Shown here: positions 43,082-51,589 of the stretch, piece by piece
Layout of the letters: every line of letters starts with the position of its first letter
Position numbering within the stretch: position 1 is the first letter of the stretch
Program-made: the position numbers and the translations under genes
NCBI GenBank assembly: GCA_947440575.1
Contig: CANETF010000001.1
Location: 10,400-74,399, forward strand
DNA length: 64,000 nt
Direction: 5' to 3'
Source of the DNA: Verrucomicrobiaceae bacterium
GTDB taxonomy: Bacteria; Verrucomicrobiota; Verrucomicrobiia; Verrucomicrobiales; Verrucomicrobiaceae
The notes under the pieces: model-generated
The model's input: only the letters and a program-made list of their open reading frames with translations
What the model was told of the DNA's origin: nothing
The model's database searches: none

Positions 43082-43209
43082 TCACTCTTGATCCCCACAA
43101 AAGCTTGTCCCGGCTTTACTCCCTCTCGGTAGCCATGCATGCGGCTGAGGCCGCTGGATGTGGCGACGATTCCACTGAGCATCAGAGGAAGGTTGAGGAT
43201 GCGTTTCAT
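43078..43209 (-). CDS. candidate 43-codon small ORF translationally coupled to the downstream gene
   Basis: Hand-translated as MKRILNLPLMLSGIVATSSGLSRMHGYREGVKPGQAFVGIKSE. Its TGA (43080-43078) overlaps the ATG (43081-43079) of the next gene as ATGA. Third positions are mostly C. Below the 60-aa cutoff of the ORF track. Confidence 0.35.
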   Translation of the reverse strand: MKRILNLPLMLSGIVATSSGLSRMHGYREGVKPGQAFVGIKSE

Positions 43210-43341
43210 ACTGGATCGGACTGGGAACGTTTGTTTTACCCGGGTCTAGCAAGGATTGCCATTTGCGGCACCTAAGTGAGGCGTGGAACTTGACCTGCTG
43301 GGTTCTCTGGTGCCCGTTGGAGGAACCCAGCCCCCTGCCCT

Positions 43342-43845
43342 GTGATTGTTTTACCGGACCCGTTGCCGCCACCGAATCGCCTGTTCCGGATGTATGATGC
43401 TGGGGAGATTGACCGGGAGGTGTTTCATGCGGCGATGCGGGTGCATGCGGAAGGATTGATTGCCGAAATGGAGGAGGCGCGACTGAACCCGCTGGCAGCC
43501 GCACTGGAAGAGGTAAGGCGCCGATTTGCGGAGGCCAAACTCACGCGACGCCACAACGAGGAGGAGATTCGAGAAGTGTTTGCGGCGTTGTCGGAACTGA
43601 ATGATTTCCCGCCGGCGCTGCATCTTTGGAACGCTCAACACAAGCATGTGCCCCTGCGCTGTTTTTTGCGGCCCGGGCAAGAGCCTGTGTTTCGTGTACT
43701 CAAGTTTGAAGCCAGCACCTATCGGGCGTGGGTGACGATCGAGTATGGTGCCAGCGCCAAGAGTCAGGCCGTGCGTGAGGAGATCGATTTGATCCGCGAG
43801 GCTGACGGGCGCCTGCATTTGAGGGACCGCAGGCGCCTTGCTTGA
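43342..43845 (+). CDS. hypothetical protein
   Basis: ORF with plausible codon bias and a helical N-terminal half. No family recognised. GTG at 43342; ATG at 43390 (MYDAGEIDREVF) is an alternative start. Confidence 0.5.
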   Translation: MIVLPDPLPPPNRLFRMYDAGEIDREVFHAAMRVHAEGLIAEMEEARLNPLAAALEEVRRRFAEAKLTRRHNEEEIREVFAALSELNDFPPALHLWNAQHKHVPLRCFLRPGQEPVFRVLKFEASTYRAWVTIEYGASAKSQAVREEIDLIREADGRLHLRDRRRLA

Positions 43846-43852
43846 GGCAAGA

Positions 43853-45724
43853 TCAGGCTGGCGAGGTGGTCAATTGTTCCAGTTCAGCAGCGGCCTTTTC
43901 CCACTCAGACGTTTTCTTGTGCGTCTCAGCGCTTAATGCGTCGAGTTCCTGCTGGAGCGTCCTGGACAGGGCGGGGTCGGCAAAGGTGGCGGGATCTTGC
44001 AGAGCGAGTTCGACGATCCGCTTGCGTTTTTCGATGGCTTCGAGCCGACTTTCGGCTTCCTCAATTTTTGCTTCAAGTTCGCGTTTGCGTTTGCTGCGGG
44101 CATTGCGGGCCTCAGCTTCGAGGCGTTTTTGTTCTTTGCTTTTGGCGCCGCCGCCGCTTGTGGGAGCGGCGGTTCGCATGGCGCTGGGTTGGTAGTTGCC
44201 GAGGTTGCCGTTGGCAGTGAGCGCGGCACGCTCGGAGGTGGCTTTGGTCTTGTCGAGGTAGTATTGGTAGTCCCCAGCGTAGCGTGTGAGCTGGCCGCCG
44301 GAGACATGCAAGACGACCTTGGCCATGCTGCGGATGAAGTGAACGTCGTGGCTGATGAAAACCAGGGTGCCCTCGTAGTCTTCGAGTGCTCCGACAAGGG
44401 CGTCGATGCTGCCCATGTCGAGGTGGGTGGTGGGCTCATCCATGAGCAGGAAGTTAGGGGGCTCCAGGAGCATGCGGACGAGGGCGAGGCGGCTTTTTTC
44501 GCCACCGCTGAGGACGGCGACGAGTTTGAAGACATCGTCTCCGCGAAACAAGAAGGAGCCGAGGAGGGTGCGGGCCAGTTGCTCGCCGGGGCGGCTGGGA
44601 AGATCCATGGCAGATTGAAGTACGGTGTGCTTCATGTTCAGAGTGTCCCCGCGATACTGGGAGAAGTAGCCGAATTGGGTGTTGTGTCCGGGTTCGACCT
44701 TGCCGCCTTGAGGAGTGAGCACGCCCGCTAGGAGCTTCAGCAAGGTGGACTTGCCTGCTCCGTTGGGTCCGACAAGGACGATGCGCTCACCACGCTCCAC
44801 TTCGAAGTCGAGCCCAGAGTAAATGGGGAGGTCGCCATACGCAAAGTCGACGTTTTTCATGGCGACAACACGCTGCCCGGAACGCTTCGGCTGGGGGAAG
44901 CGGAACTTGACTTTTTTGTCCTCGGCGACGGGAGCTTCGATCTTTTCCATTCGATCGATCATTTTGAGTTTGTCCTGGGCTCGGGAAGCGAAATTGGCTT
45001 TGGCTTTGAAGCGATCAGCCCAGTCCTTCATCTTCGAGATTTCCTTCTGCTGGTTCTCGTAGGCGGCGATGAGCTGTTCCTCGCGCGCGGCCTTTTCCCT
45101 CAAGTAGTCGTCGTAGTTGCCCTTGTAGCGGGTGACTTTGGATTGGGCGATCTCGAAGATGGAGTCACACAAGGCGTTGAGGAAAACACGGTCATGGGAA
45201 ATGAGCAGAATGGCACCGGGGTAGCCGGTGAGGTAGTCTTGAAACCAGATGAGGGATTCCAAGTCGAGGTGGTTGGTTGGCTCATCCAGCAGGAGCAAGT
45301 CGGGTTCCTGGACCAGGAGTCGGGCGAGGTGGGCGCGCATGACCCAGCCACCACTGAGGGTATTGGCTTTCCGATCAAAGTCTGATTCGCGAAAGGCGAG
45401 TCCTTTCAAGATGCGTTTGGCTTTGGGTTCAATTTCCCAACGTTCGTGTTCGTCCTGAACATGACTGGTGGCCAAACCGAGGACGGTATCATCTCCCACT
45501 GGAGCGCTTTCCTGAGGCAGGAAGCCGAGGGTGGCTCCGCGCTCCATGCGCACTTCCCCGTCATCGGGCGTGCCATCTCCCATGAGCATTGAGAAGAGGG
45601 TGGATTTCCCGGCGCCGTTGGGACCGATGAGACCGACCTTGTCCCCGCGCTGAAGGTGAAAGGACACGCCGCTAAAGAGGGTGCGGCCGGCGTAGGTTTT
45701 GCTGACTTGAGTGACTGATAACAT
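43853..45724 (-). CDS. ABC-F family ATPase (two ABC domains plus C-terminal coiled coil)
   Basis: Two Walker A sites (GPNGAGKST twice), two signature motifs (LSGGW, LSGGEKSRL), Walker B LLLDEPTNHLD and LLMDEPTTHLD, no TM domain, and a Lys/Glu/Arg coiled-coil tail. Confidence 0.9.
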   Translation of the reverse strand: MLSVTQVSKTYAGRTLFSGVSFHLQRGDKVGLIGPNGAGKSTLFSMLMGDGTPDDGEVRMERGATLGFLPQESAPVGDDTVLGLATSHVQDEHERWEIEPKAKRILKGLAFRESDFDRKANTLSGGWVMRAHLARLLVQEPDLLLLDEPTNHLDLESLIWFQDYLTGYPGAILLISHDRVFLNALCDSIFEIAQSKVTRYKGNYDDYLREKAAREEQLIAAYENQQKEISKMKDWADRFKAKANFASRAQDKLKMIDRMEKIEAPVAEDKKVKFRFPQPKRSGQRVVAMKNVDFAYGDLPIYSGLDFEVERGERIVLVGPNGAGKSTLLKLLAGVLTPQGGKVEPGHNTQFGYFSQYRGDTLNMKHTVLQSAMDLPSRPGEQLARTLLGSFLFRGDDVFKLVAVLSGGEKSRLALVRMLLEPPNFLLMDEPTTHLDMGSIDALVGALEDYEGTLVFISHDVHFIRSMAKVVLHVSGGQLTRYAGDYQYYLDKTKATSERAALTANGNLGNYQPSAMRTAAPTSGGGAKSKEQKRLEAEARNARSKRKRELEAKIEEAESRLEAIEKRKRIVELALQDPATFADPALSRTLQQELDALSAETHKKTSEWEKAAAELEQLTTSPA

Positions 45725-45808
45725 GGGCCGCTTTCCATAGCGGCAGTCGGCGTGTCATGCAAGGAGAGGGGTCAATGAGATCGCCTTCTGCTGCGCAGTG
45801 AGGGGATA

Positions 45809-47260
45809 TTGCCAGGAATGAAAGCTACCGTGCTGGGTTTTCGTTGCTTGTGGATGAAAAGACGTCGCTGTTTGTCTCTGCTGGTCGCTGCCCCAACGCT
45901 GGCGTCGACCGCAGAGCCAAAGGGCCTTTTCATTGAGGGCTATGCTGCCCGTCTTAGCGTGGTTCAGGGCGGGGAAGTGGCTCTGCATGTCAGCACGGGC
46001 GGGGCGACTTTCGATGTGGAGATCGCCCGGCTGGGGTCGGGACGGGAAGTGGTCTGGAAAAAGACCGGGGTGGTGGGTGTGAATCACCCAGTGCAGGAGG
46101 ACGCCTCTTCTCAAGGCTGTCATTGGCCAGAAAGCTTGCGGGTGCCGGTGGGGACGGATTGGAAATCGGGCTATTATGAGATCAGCTTTCGCACGTCTGA
46201 TGCGGGAGGAAAGTGGACTCATCGCAGCCGACGAACCGCCGAAGGCAGCGGATTTTTCATCGTGCGCTCGGCCCAGCCTGGCAGTCGGTCCAAGATCCTT
46301 CTTCAACTGGCGACCAACACCTACAACGCCTACAACAACTGGGGCGGCTTCAGCGTGTATGCGCACAACAGTCTTTCTAACAATCAGGGGCATCGCGTCA
46401 GTTTTGAAAGGCCGGCGGCATCCCAATTTTCGCGTTGGGAACGGCCCTTTGTGAAGTGGGCAGAGGAGAATGGTTACGAGCTCGAGTTTGCTGCCAATTC
46501 GGATCTGGAATGGCATCCTGAGATGCTGGACCATTACAAGCTGGTGCTTAGTGTGGGTCATGATGAGTATTGGTCGGCTCCGATGCGTGACCATTTGGAG
46601 GGTTGGATTGGCAAGGGTGGGAATGTGGCTTTTTTCAGTGGCAACACCTGTTGCTGGCAGGTGCGCAGTGAGGATGAAGGGAGGGCCTTCACCTGTTGGA
46701 AACAAAACTATCATCTTGATCCGATCTTCCAGACGCAGGATTTTCAAAACCTGAGCACGCTTTGGAGCCATCACTTGGTGAAGCGGCCAGAGAACGCACT
46801 TACGGGTGTTGGTTTTCTCTGGGGCGGCTATCGGCGCAGTCATGGGCAATTCATGGAGGGTCCAGCGGCTTATCAGGTACATCGGCCCGAGCATTGGGCC
46901 CTGGCGGGAACGGGTCTTAAAACGGGAGATCTGTTTGGCGATCAGGATACCGTGGTGGGCTACGAGTGTGATGGCTGCGAATTGGAATGGAAGGATGAGC
47001 TGCCTTACGCTACCGGCCGCGATGGCACTCCAGCGTCTTTCGAGGTGCTGGCCACCTGTCCGGTGCGCTGGCATCCGGATGACGCGGAATGGTATGAACG
47101 TTGGGAAAAAGGCCGCACGGGGGCGGCATGCATGGGCCTTTACACACGGGGAGGCACTGTTTTTACGGCGGGTACGACGGACTGGGCTCACGGTCTGCAG
47201 GGTGGTGATGAAACGGTGCAAAGAATCACCCGCAATTTGTTGGACCGTTTGTCGAAATGA
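45809..47260 (+). CDS. N,N-dimethylformamidase beta-subunit-like domain protein (secreted)
   Basis: TNTYNAYNNWGGFSVY, VGHDEYWSAPMRD and FFSGNTCCWQVR resemble that family as I recall it. Alternative starts at 45818 and 45854 (MKRRRCLSLLVAAPTLASTA signal). Confidence 0.5.
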   Translation: MPGMKATVLGFRCLWMKRRRCLSLLVAAPTLASTAEPKGLFIEGYAARLSVVQGGEVALHVSTGGATFDVEIARLGSGREVVWKKTGVVGVNHPVQEDASSQGCHWPESLRVPVGTDWKSGYYEISFRTSDAGGKWTHRSRRTAEGSGFFIVRSAQPGSRSKILLQLATNTYNAYNNWGGFSVYAHNSLSNNQGHRVSFERPAASQFSRWERPFVKWAEENGYELEFAANSDLEWHPEMLDHYKLVLSVGHDEYWSAPMRDHLEGWIGKGGNVAFFSGNTCCWQVRSEDEGRAFTCWKQNYHLDPIFQTQDFQNLSTLWSHHLVKRPENALTGVGFLWGGYRRSHGQFMEGPAAYQVHRPEHWALAGTGLKTGDLFGDQDTVVGYECDGCELEWKDELPYATGRDGTPASFEVLATCPVRWHPDDAEWYERWEKGRTGAACMGLYTRGGTVFTAGTTDWAHGLQGGDETVQRITRNLLDRLSK

Positions 47261-47306
47261 GGCTCGATTGTGCCTGCCTATAGGGCGCTCATCCTTCCAT
47301 CTTCCA

Positions 47307-49718
47307 ATGACCAAAGTTCTTCTTTGTTGCAGCCTGCTGATTGCCTCAGCCCGGGGAGAGTTAACGCCCGAGTTGGCGATGAAGATTGCGCCATTGCCTG
47401 AGGTGGCTGAAAACGGGGGGCTGCTGTTTGTGGATTTGAATGAGGACGGGCATGAGGACCTGCTTATCTCCAATCCGAAAGGGTATGGCGTCTATCTTTT
47501 TAATCCCGTGGCGAAGGCAAATGTGAAGTGGGAAAAGGGCTGGACACAGATACTGCGTGAGGGTCGTGCTGGCGATGACGGCAGCCTGCCGTTGCTGGTG
47601 GATGCAAAGGGCGGGAGCACCGGGGTGAGATTCCAACAGGGGGCTTTGAGAGATGCGCAGGGTGCTGTGCTGATGCCGTTGGCTGAGCTGTTGCGTGTGC
47701 CAGGGCCAGCGCCGCTTTCGCCAGAGGACTCGCTCAAAACCCTGCGCGTGAAGCCAGGCTATACGGCCCGTTTGGTGGCCCATGAGCCGCTGGTGCAGGA
47801 TCCCATCTTTGTGGATTGGGACGCGCAAGGGCGAATTTGGGTGGTGGAGATGGGAGACTATCCCTTTGCACCCGGGGAGAAGACCACTGATGGCCGCAGC
47901 GGGCAGGAGAAAGTGTCGCCCTTGCAAGACGGGCGAATCAAGATTTTGGAGGACACGGATGCGGACGGTGACTATGACCGGGCGACACTTTTTTTGGAAG
48001 GACTGCGGCATCCCACAGGTCTGGCCTTTTGGGATGGGGGCGTCTTCATTTCGGCGATTCCGGACATCCTTTATGCCAAGGATCGGGATGGCGATGGGGT
48101 GTGTGACACGCGCGAGGCTTGGTTTACCGGTTTTACTGCGGGCAATCCCCAGCATTTGGTGAATGGCTTTGCGTGGGGTTTGGATGGTTGGTTCTATGGA
48201 GCAAACGGCGATAGTGGTGGGGAGATCACTTGTTTGAAAACAGGAGCCAAGGTAAAACTGGGGACGCATGATTTCAGCTTTCATCCGGTCTCAGGTGAGT
48301 TCCGGCTTGAAACCGGGCGTTCTCAGTATGGCAAATGGCGGGATGATTACGGCAATTGGTTTGGAAACAATAACTGCACCCTAGGCTGGCATTATCATGT
48401 GCCCATGCGGTATTTGGAACAGCACGCGGACAAAGTGGTCAAATCGGTTCGTTCGGTCTTGAATGCTGACACTCGCGTGATGAGCATCAGTCCGCCTGTG
48501 CGGCGATTTAACTGGCCGGAGGCGACTCAGGTGCTCACGGCAGCCTGCTCGCCCATGCCGTGGTTCGATGGTCAACACGAATGCCTGCTGATCTGTGAAC
48601 CCGCGAACCATTTGATCCGCCGGGATGTGCTGGACTACTCCCGCTTTCCGCTCATCAGCACCCGGCATCCAGACGACACGGAGACGGAGTTTATCGCTAG
48701 CACGGACCCTTGGTTTCGGCCCTTGATGATACGTGAAGGGCCTGATGGGGCGTTGTATGTCGTGGACATGTATCGGTTGGTCTTGGAGCATCCGGAATGG
48801 ATCCCGGCAGAAATCGTCAAAGGCCTAGATTTGCGTGCGGGAGAGGATCGCGGGCGCGTGTATCGGGTCGCGGGTCCGTCGGCGCGGCAGCTTAGCAATG
48901 GATTGCTCGACGATTTGCCCGCCGCGATGCGTTCGCCCCAGCGTTGGCAGCGTGATACCGCTCAGCGCCGGCTGATTGAGGCAGGGGATCGTGCGGCATT
49001 GCCCTGGCTTCTGGCTCTTTCTCAAGAGGCCACGATGTCCCGGGGGGTGCGACTTCAAGCGGCTTGGACAGCCGCCCTGCTGGACGAAGCGCATCGTCCA
49101 GTGTTACTGGCCTTATTGCCGAGTTTTCATCCCCAGGTGCGGGGAGCAGCCCTGATTGCGGCGGGCAGTGAGGAGGTCACTCGGGCTGAACTGGCCAGTT
49201 GGTTTCCTGAGGCTGAATCCCCGGCTGTGGCGGCTGAACTGCCTGTGATCACCCGCAACAACCCCGACAGGGTGGCGGTGGTGAGACGTTTTGTTGATGA
49301 GGTTTCAAAACTTCAGGGAGATGCATCCCGAGGGGATAAAGTGTATCAAAAGGCGTGCATGGCGTGTCATCAGTTGAACGGGTCGGGTGCTGAGGTGGGG
49401 CCGAACCTGGAGACCGTGGCCGCCAAACCGATGGAGCAGATCTTGGAGGCCATTTTCGACCCGAACAAGGCAGTGGAACAGCGCCATGTCACCACGGAGA
49501 TCACCCAGACTGATGGCGGCGTGCTGGCGGGGCTGATTTCGGCTGAGACTCCTGGAGGTCTCAGCATCCGTTTGCCTGGCGGAGGGGATTTTCTCGTGCC
49601 GCGTGCGAAGATCCGGAGCGTAAAAACGCTCCCGCTTTCTCTAATGCCAGAGGGGCTGGAGGCCGCCCTGACCGCCCAGGAAGCAGCGGATTTGGTGGCG
49701 CGGATTCAGGGCCGTTAA
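47307..49718 (+). CDS. PVC-type haem-binding CxxCH protein (membrane-bound-dehydrogenase-like beta-propeller + HEAT-like + cytochrome c)
   Basis: Signal peptide; LVQDPIFVDWDAQGRIWVVEM, DGDGVCD and FRPLMIREGPDGALYVVDMYR. C-terminal CMACHQ (49356-49370). Start trimmed from 46806 to the ATG at 47307, after the upstream stop. Confidence 0.8.
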   Translation: MTKVLLCCSLLIASARGELTPELAMKIAPLPEVAENGGLLFVDLNEDGHEDLLISNPKGYGVYLFNPVAKANVKWEKGWTQILREGRAGDDGSLPLLVDAKGGSTGVRFQQGALRDAQGAVLMPLAELLRVPGPAPLSPEDSLKTLRVKPGYTARLVAHEPLVQDPIFVDWDAQGRIWVVEMGDYPFAPGEKTTDGRSGQEKVSPLQDGRIKILEDTDADGDYDRATLFLEGLRHPTGLAFWDGGVFISAIPDILYAKDRDGDGVCDTREAWFTGFTAGNPQHLVNGFAWGLDGWFYGANGDSGGEITCLKTGAKVKLGTHDFSFHPVSGEFRLETGRSQYGKWRDDYGNWFGNNNCTLGWHYHVPMRYLEQHADKVVKSVRSVLNADTRVMSISPPVRRFNWPEATQVLTAACSPMPWFDGQHECLLICEPANHLIRRDVLDYSRFPLISTRHPDDTETEFIASTDPWFRPLMIREGPDGALYVVDMYRLVLEHPEWIPAEIVKGLDLRAGEDRGRVYRVAGPSARQLSNGLLDDLPAAMRSPQRWQRDTAQRRLIEAGDRAALPWLLALSQEATMSRGVRLQAAWTAALLDEAHRPVLLALLPSFHPQVRGAALIAAGSEEVTRAELASWFPEAESPAVAAELPVITRNNPDRVAVVRRFVDEVSKLQGDASRGDKVYQKACMACHQLNGSGAEVGPNLETVAAKPMEQILEAIFDPNKAVEQRHVTTEITQTDGGVLAGLISAETPGGLSIRLPGGGDFLVPRAKIRSVKTLPLSLMPEGLEAALTAQEAADLVARIQGR

Positions 49719-50060
49719 TCGCTCAACCAGGTCACGACGAACCATTCGGTGACGCTGGGTGCGGAGCGCTGGTGCGCTCGACCAGATCGTCCTCGGCACC
49801 GACCACGCCTCCGATTTGTCGGCATGCGGTGGCGTTCGCCTCGACACACCTGGTGCTCGGTAAGGTGGTGAGAAAAGCGAATCGTAGTTTAGGTTTTTTC
49901 TTGTGTGATTTAGACGAAATGCAGAGCTAATGTGGCTTGTTGGTCGTCCCATTCCTAACAGCATGCCCGCCTCTTTTGCACTGGCTGAAGGTCCTTCGGG
50001 ACGCCCAATCACTGGTGTCAGCCGTTCAGTTTGCGAATATTTTCCTAACCTAGCCTCTTC

Positions 50061-50819
50061 ATGAAGTCCCGACGGCCCGTCACGAACTTTAGCGGCTTAC
50101 CTGATGGCTGGCGGTGTCAAGCGTTGCTGGAGCTTTTTGAGTCTCTGCCTGGAGTACAGTTTTGGGTGAAGGATCGTACGGGTCGTTATTTGGTCATGAA
50201 CCGCGCGTGCCTTCAGGATTACGGATTCACTGAGGTGGCAGAAGCGCGCGGGCACACGGATGGCGAGCTGTCTCCGTGGCATATCGCAGCGCAGTTCCAG
50301 GTGGATGACGAGCGGGTGCTGAAGGGGCAGAGCATTATGAACCGCATCGAGCTCGTGGGGCGCTTCGACCACACGGCGATCTGGTGTGTGACGGACAAGG
50401 TGCCGCTGCGCGACGAGCGCGGGTGCATTGTCGGCACTGCGGGGATGGCGCGTCCGTTGGGTCGGCGCTCGCAGTTCCCCGCGACGGCAGACACGTCGAT
50501 GGCGCGGGCGCTGGAGTACCTGCGCGAGCGTTTCTCGCTGTCGGTGCGGAACGCGGAGCTGGCGCGGCATGCGGGGGTGTCTCTGCGCGTGCTGGAGCGG
50601 CGCTTCCGTGAGGCTTTTTGCCTTTCACCGCAACAATACCTGCGACGGCTGCGAGTGCGAATGGCCTGTCATCCGCTGGTGTATTCGGAGCAGTCCATCG
50701 CGGAAATCGCCGCGGCGTATGGTTTTTGCGATCAAAGCCATTTCGGGCGCGAGTTCCGCCGCGAGACGGGTATGACACCGCGCGAGTATCGAAACCGCTT
50801 CCGCTCGGCAGAGGAGTGA
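50061..50819 (+). CDS. AraC-family transcriptional regulator with N-terminal PAS-like sensor
   Basis: PAS-like segment (FWVKDRTGRYLVMNRACLQDYGF...WCVTDKVPLRDERGCIVG). AraC HTH pair (NAELARHAGVSLRVLERRF, IAEIAAAYGFCDQSHFGREFRRETGMTPREYR). Confidence 0.85.
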   Translation: MKSRRPVTNFSGLPDGWRCQALLELFESLPGVQFWVKDRTGRYLVMNRACLQDYGFTEVAEARGHTDGELSPWHIAAQFQVDDERVLKGQSIMNRIELVGRFDHTAIWCVTDKVPLRDERGCIVGTAGMARPLGRRSQFPATADTSMARALEYLRERFSLSVRNAELARHAGVSLRVLERRFREAFCLSPQQYLRRLRVRMACHPLVYSEQSIAEIAAAYGFCDQSHFGREFRRETGMTPREYRNRFRSAEE

Positions 50820-50982
50820 CGTGATTCTTCCAAAATGTGTCGCAGTTGCTCTATCTCCGAAGAGAGGATACCACCACAATGAGAGCGTGTCCGCAGGCAC
50901 TTCCACCCAACCCAATAGCATTCTCATCGTCGGCAATGACGGCGCGTGGTGGGCGCATGCCGAGGGTTGGCTCGACAGCGAC

Positions 50983-51225
50983 CTGGAACTCACCGGTTCA
51001 GCCTGCGAAAGGGCCGCCAAAATGATGGTGACCTTAGGCGCGAAGAAGGAATGCATCGATCTGAGCTACAGCGCCCATGCGATGGGTTCCTGCCGCATGG
51101 GACACGAGGTGAAAAACCTCTTCATCTGCGGCACGCGTGTCTTCGTCACCGGCTCGGGTCTGAATCCAACGCACACCGCGATGGAAGTTGCCAGCCGCAG
51201 CGCGGAGTTGGCTCGTGGCATTCTT
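50983..51225 (+). pseudogene. remnant of the C-terminal domain of a GMC-family oxidoreductase
   Basis: AHAMGSCRMG...NLFICGTRVFVTGSGLNPTHTAMEVASRSAELA matches the H-x-x-G-[TS]-C-R-M-G ... N-L-x-V-x-D-x-S-x-F-P...NPT..T..A.A.R pattern. The roughly 20 residues normally between RMG and NL are missing, and there is no FAD-binding N-terminal domain. The host ORF (50821-51660) runs into low-complexity sequence and into the next gene. Confidence 0.4.
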
Positions 51226-51589
51226 CCTGCCGATGAGGGAGATGCGTGTGCACTGGCAGTTCGTAGGGTGCCAGTCATCGCGGAGCGGATGCAGCGCAGT
51301 CCCTATGGCCAGGTAAATGTCAGTAACACTGAAGTCGGCAGCAAATCGTCCAACAAAATGATTGCCGACGTCGGTACCACGTGGGTGAGCTCCACAACGC
51401 TAGCCCATGGGGCAGCTTCAAGCAAAGCGACTTTGGCCGTGGAAAAGGCCCCTGCGGCCTCGACCTCTTCACGCAGGTCAAATCCGTCATCGTCAACTGC
51501 ACCTGAATCGCAGCCCACAACTTCTGCCGTTTTTCCCACGAAAGCCCAACCGCCTGTCTTTTTAAACTCAAAACCCAACCCAAGCAGAC

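Noticed and set aside
43082-43504. 140-codon minus-strand ORF in the spacer between the EF-hand-loop gene and the 43342 gene
   Set aside because: The translation is Pro/Ser/Gln/His-rich and overlaps the plus-strand gene start. The 43-codon ORF in a different frame, with its ATGA junction, explains this region better.
46806-47306. Upstream extension of the PVC haem protein ORF (start at 46806)
   Set aside because: It overlaps the 3' third of the preceding gene out of frame. The signal peptide MTKVLLCCSLLIASA starts at the ATG at 47307, after the upstream stop.
45755-47473. 572-codon minus-strand ORF, the longest unexplained ORF in the track
   Set aside because: It lies exactly antisense to the DMFase-like gene. 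Its translation is Arg/His/Pro/Thr-rich with no motifs or secondary-structure logic. The sense gene has recognisable family motifs. Such shadow ORFs arise when the sense strand avoids TTA, CTA and TCA codons.
49641-50012. 123-codon minus-strand ORF in the spacer upstream of the AraC gene
   Set aside because: It overlaps the end of the haem protein gene by 78 nt. It has no motifs and poor codon bias. The region is more likely promoter or UTR sequence for the AraC gene.
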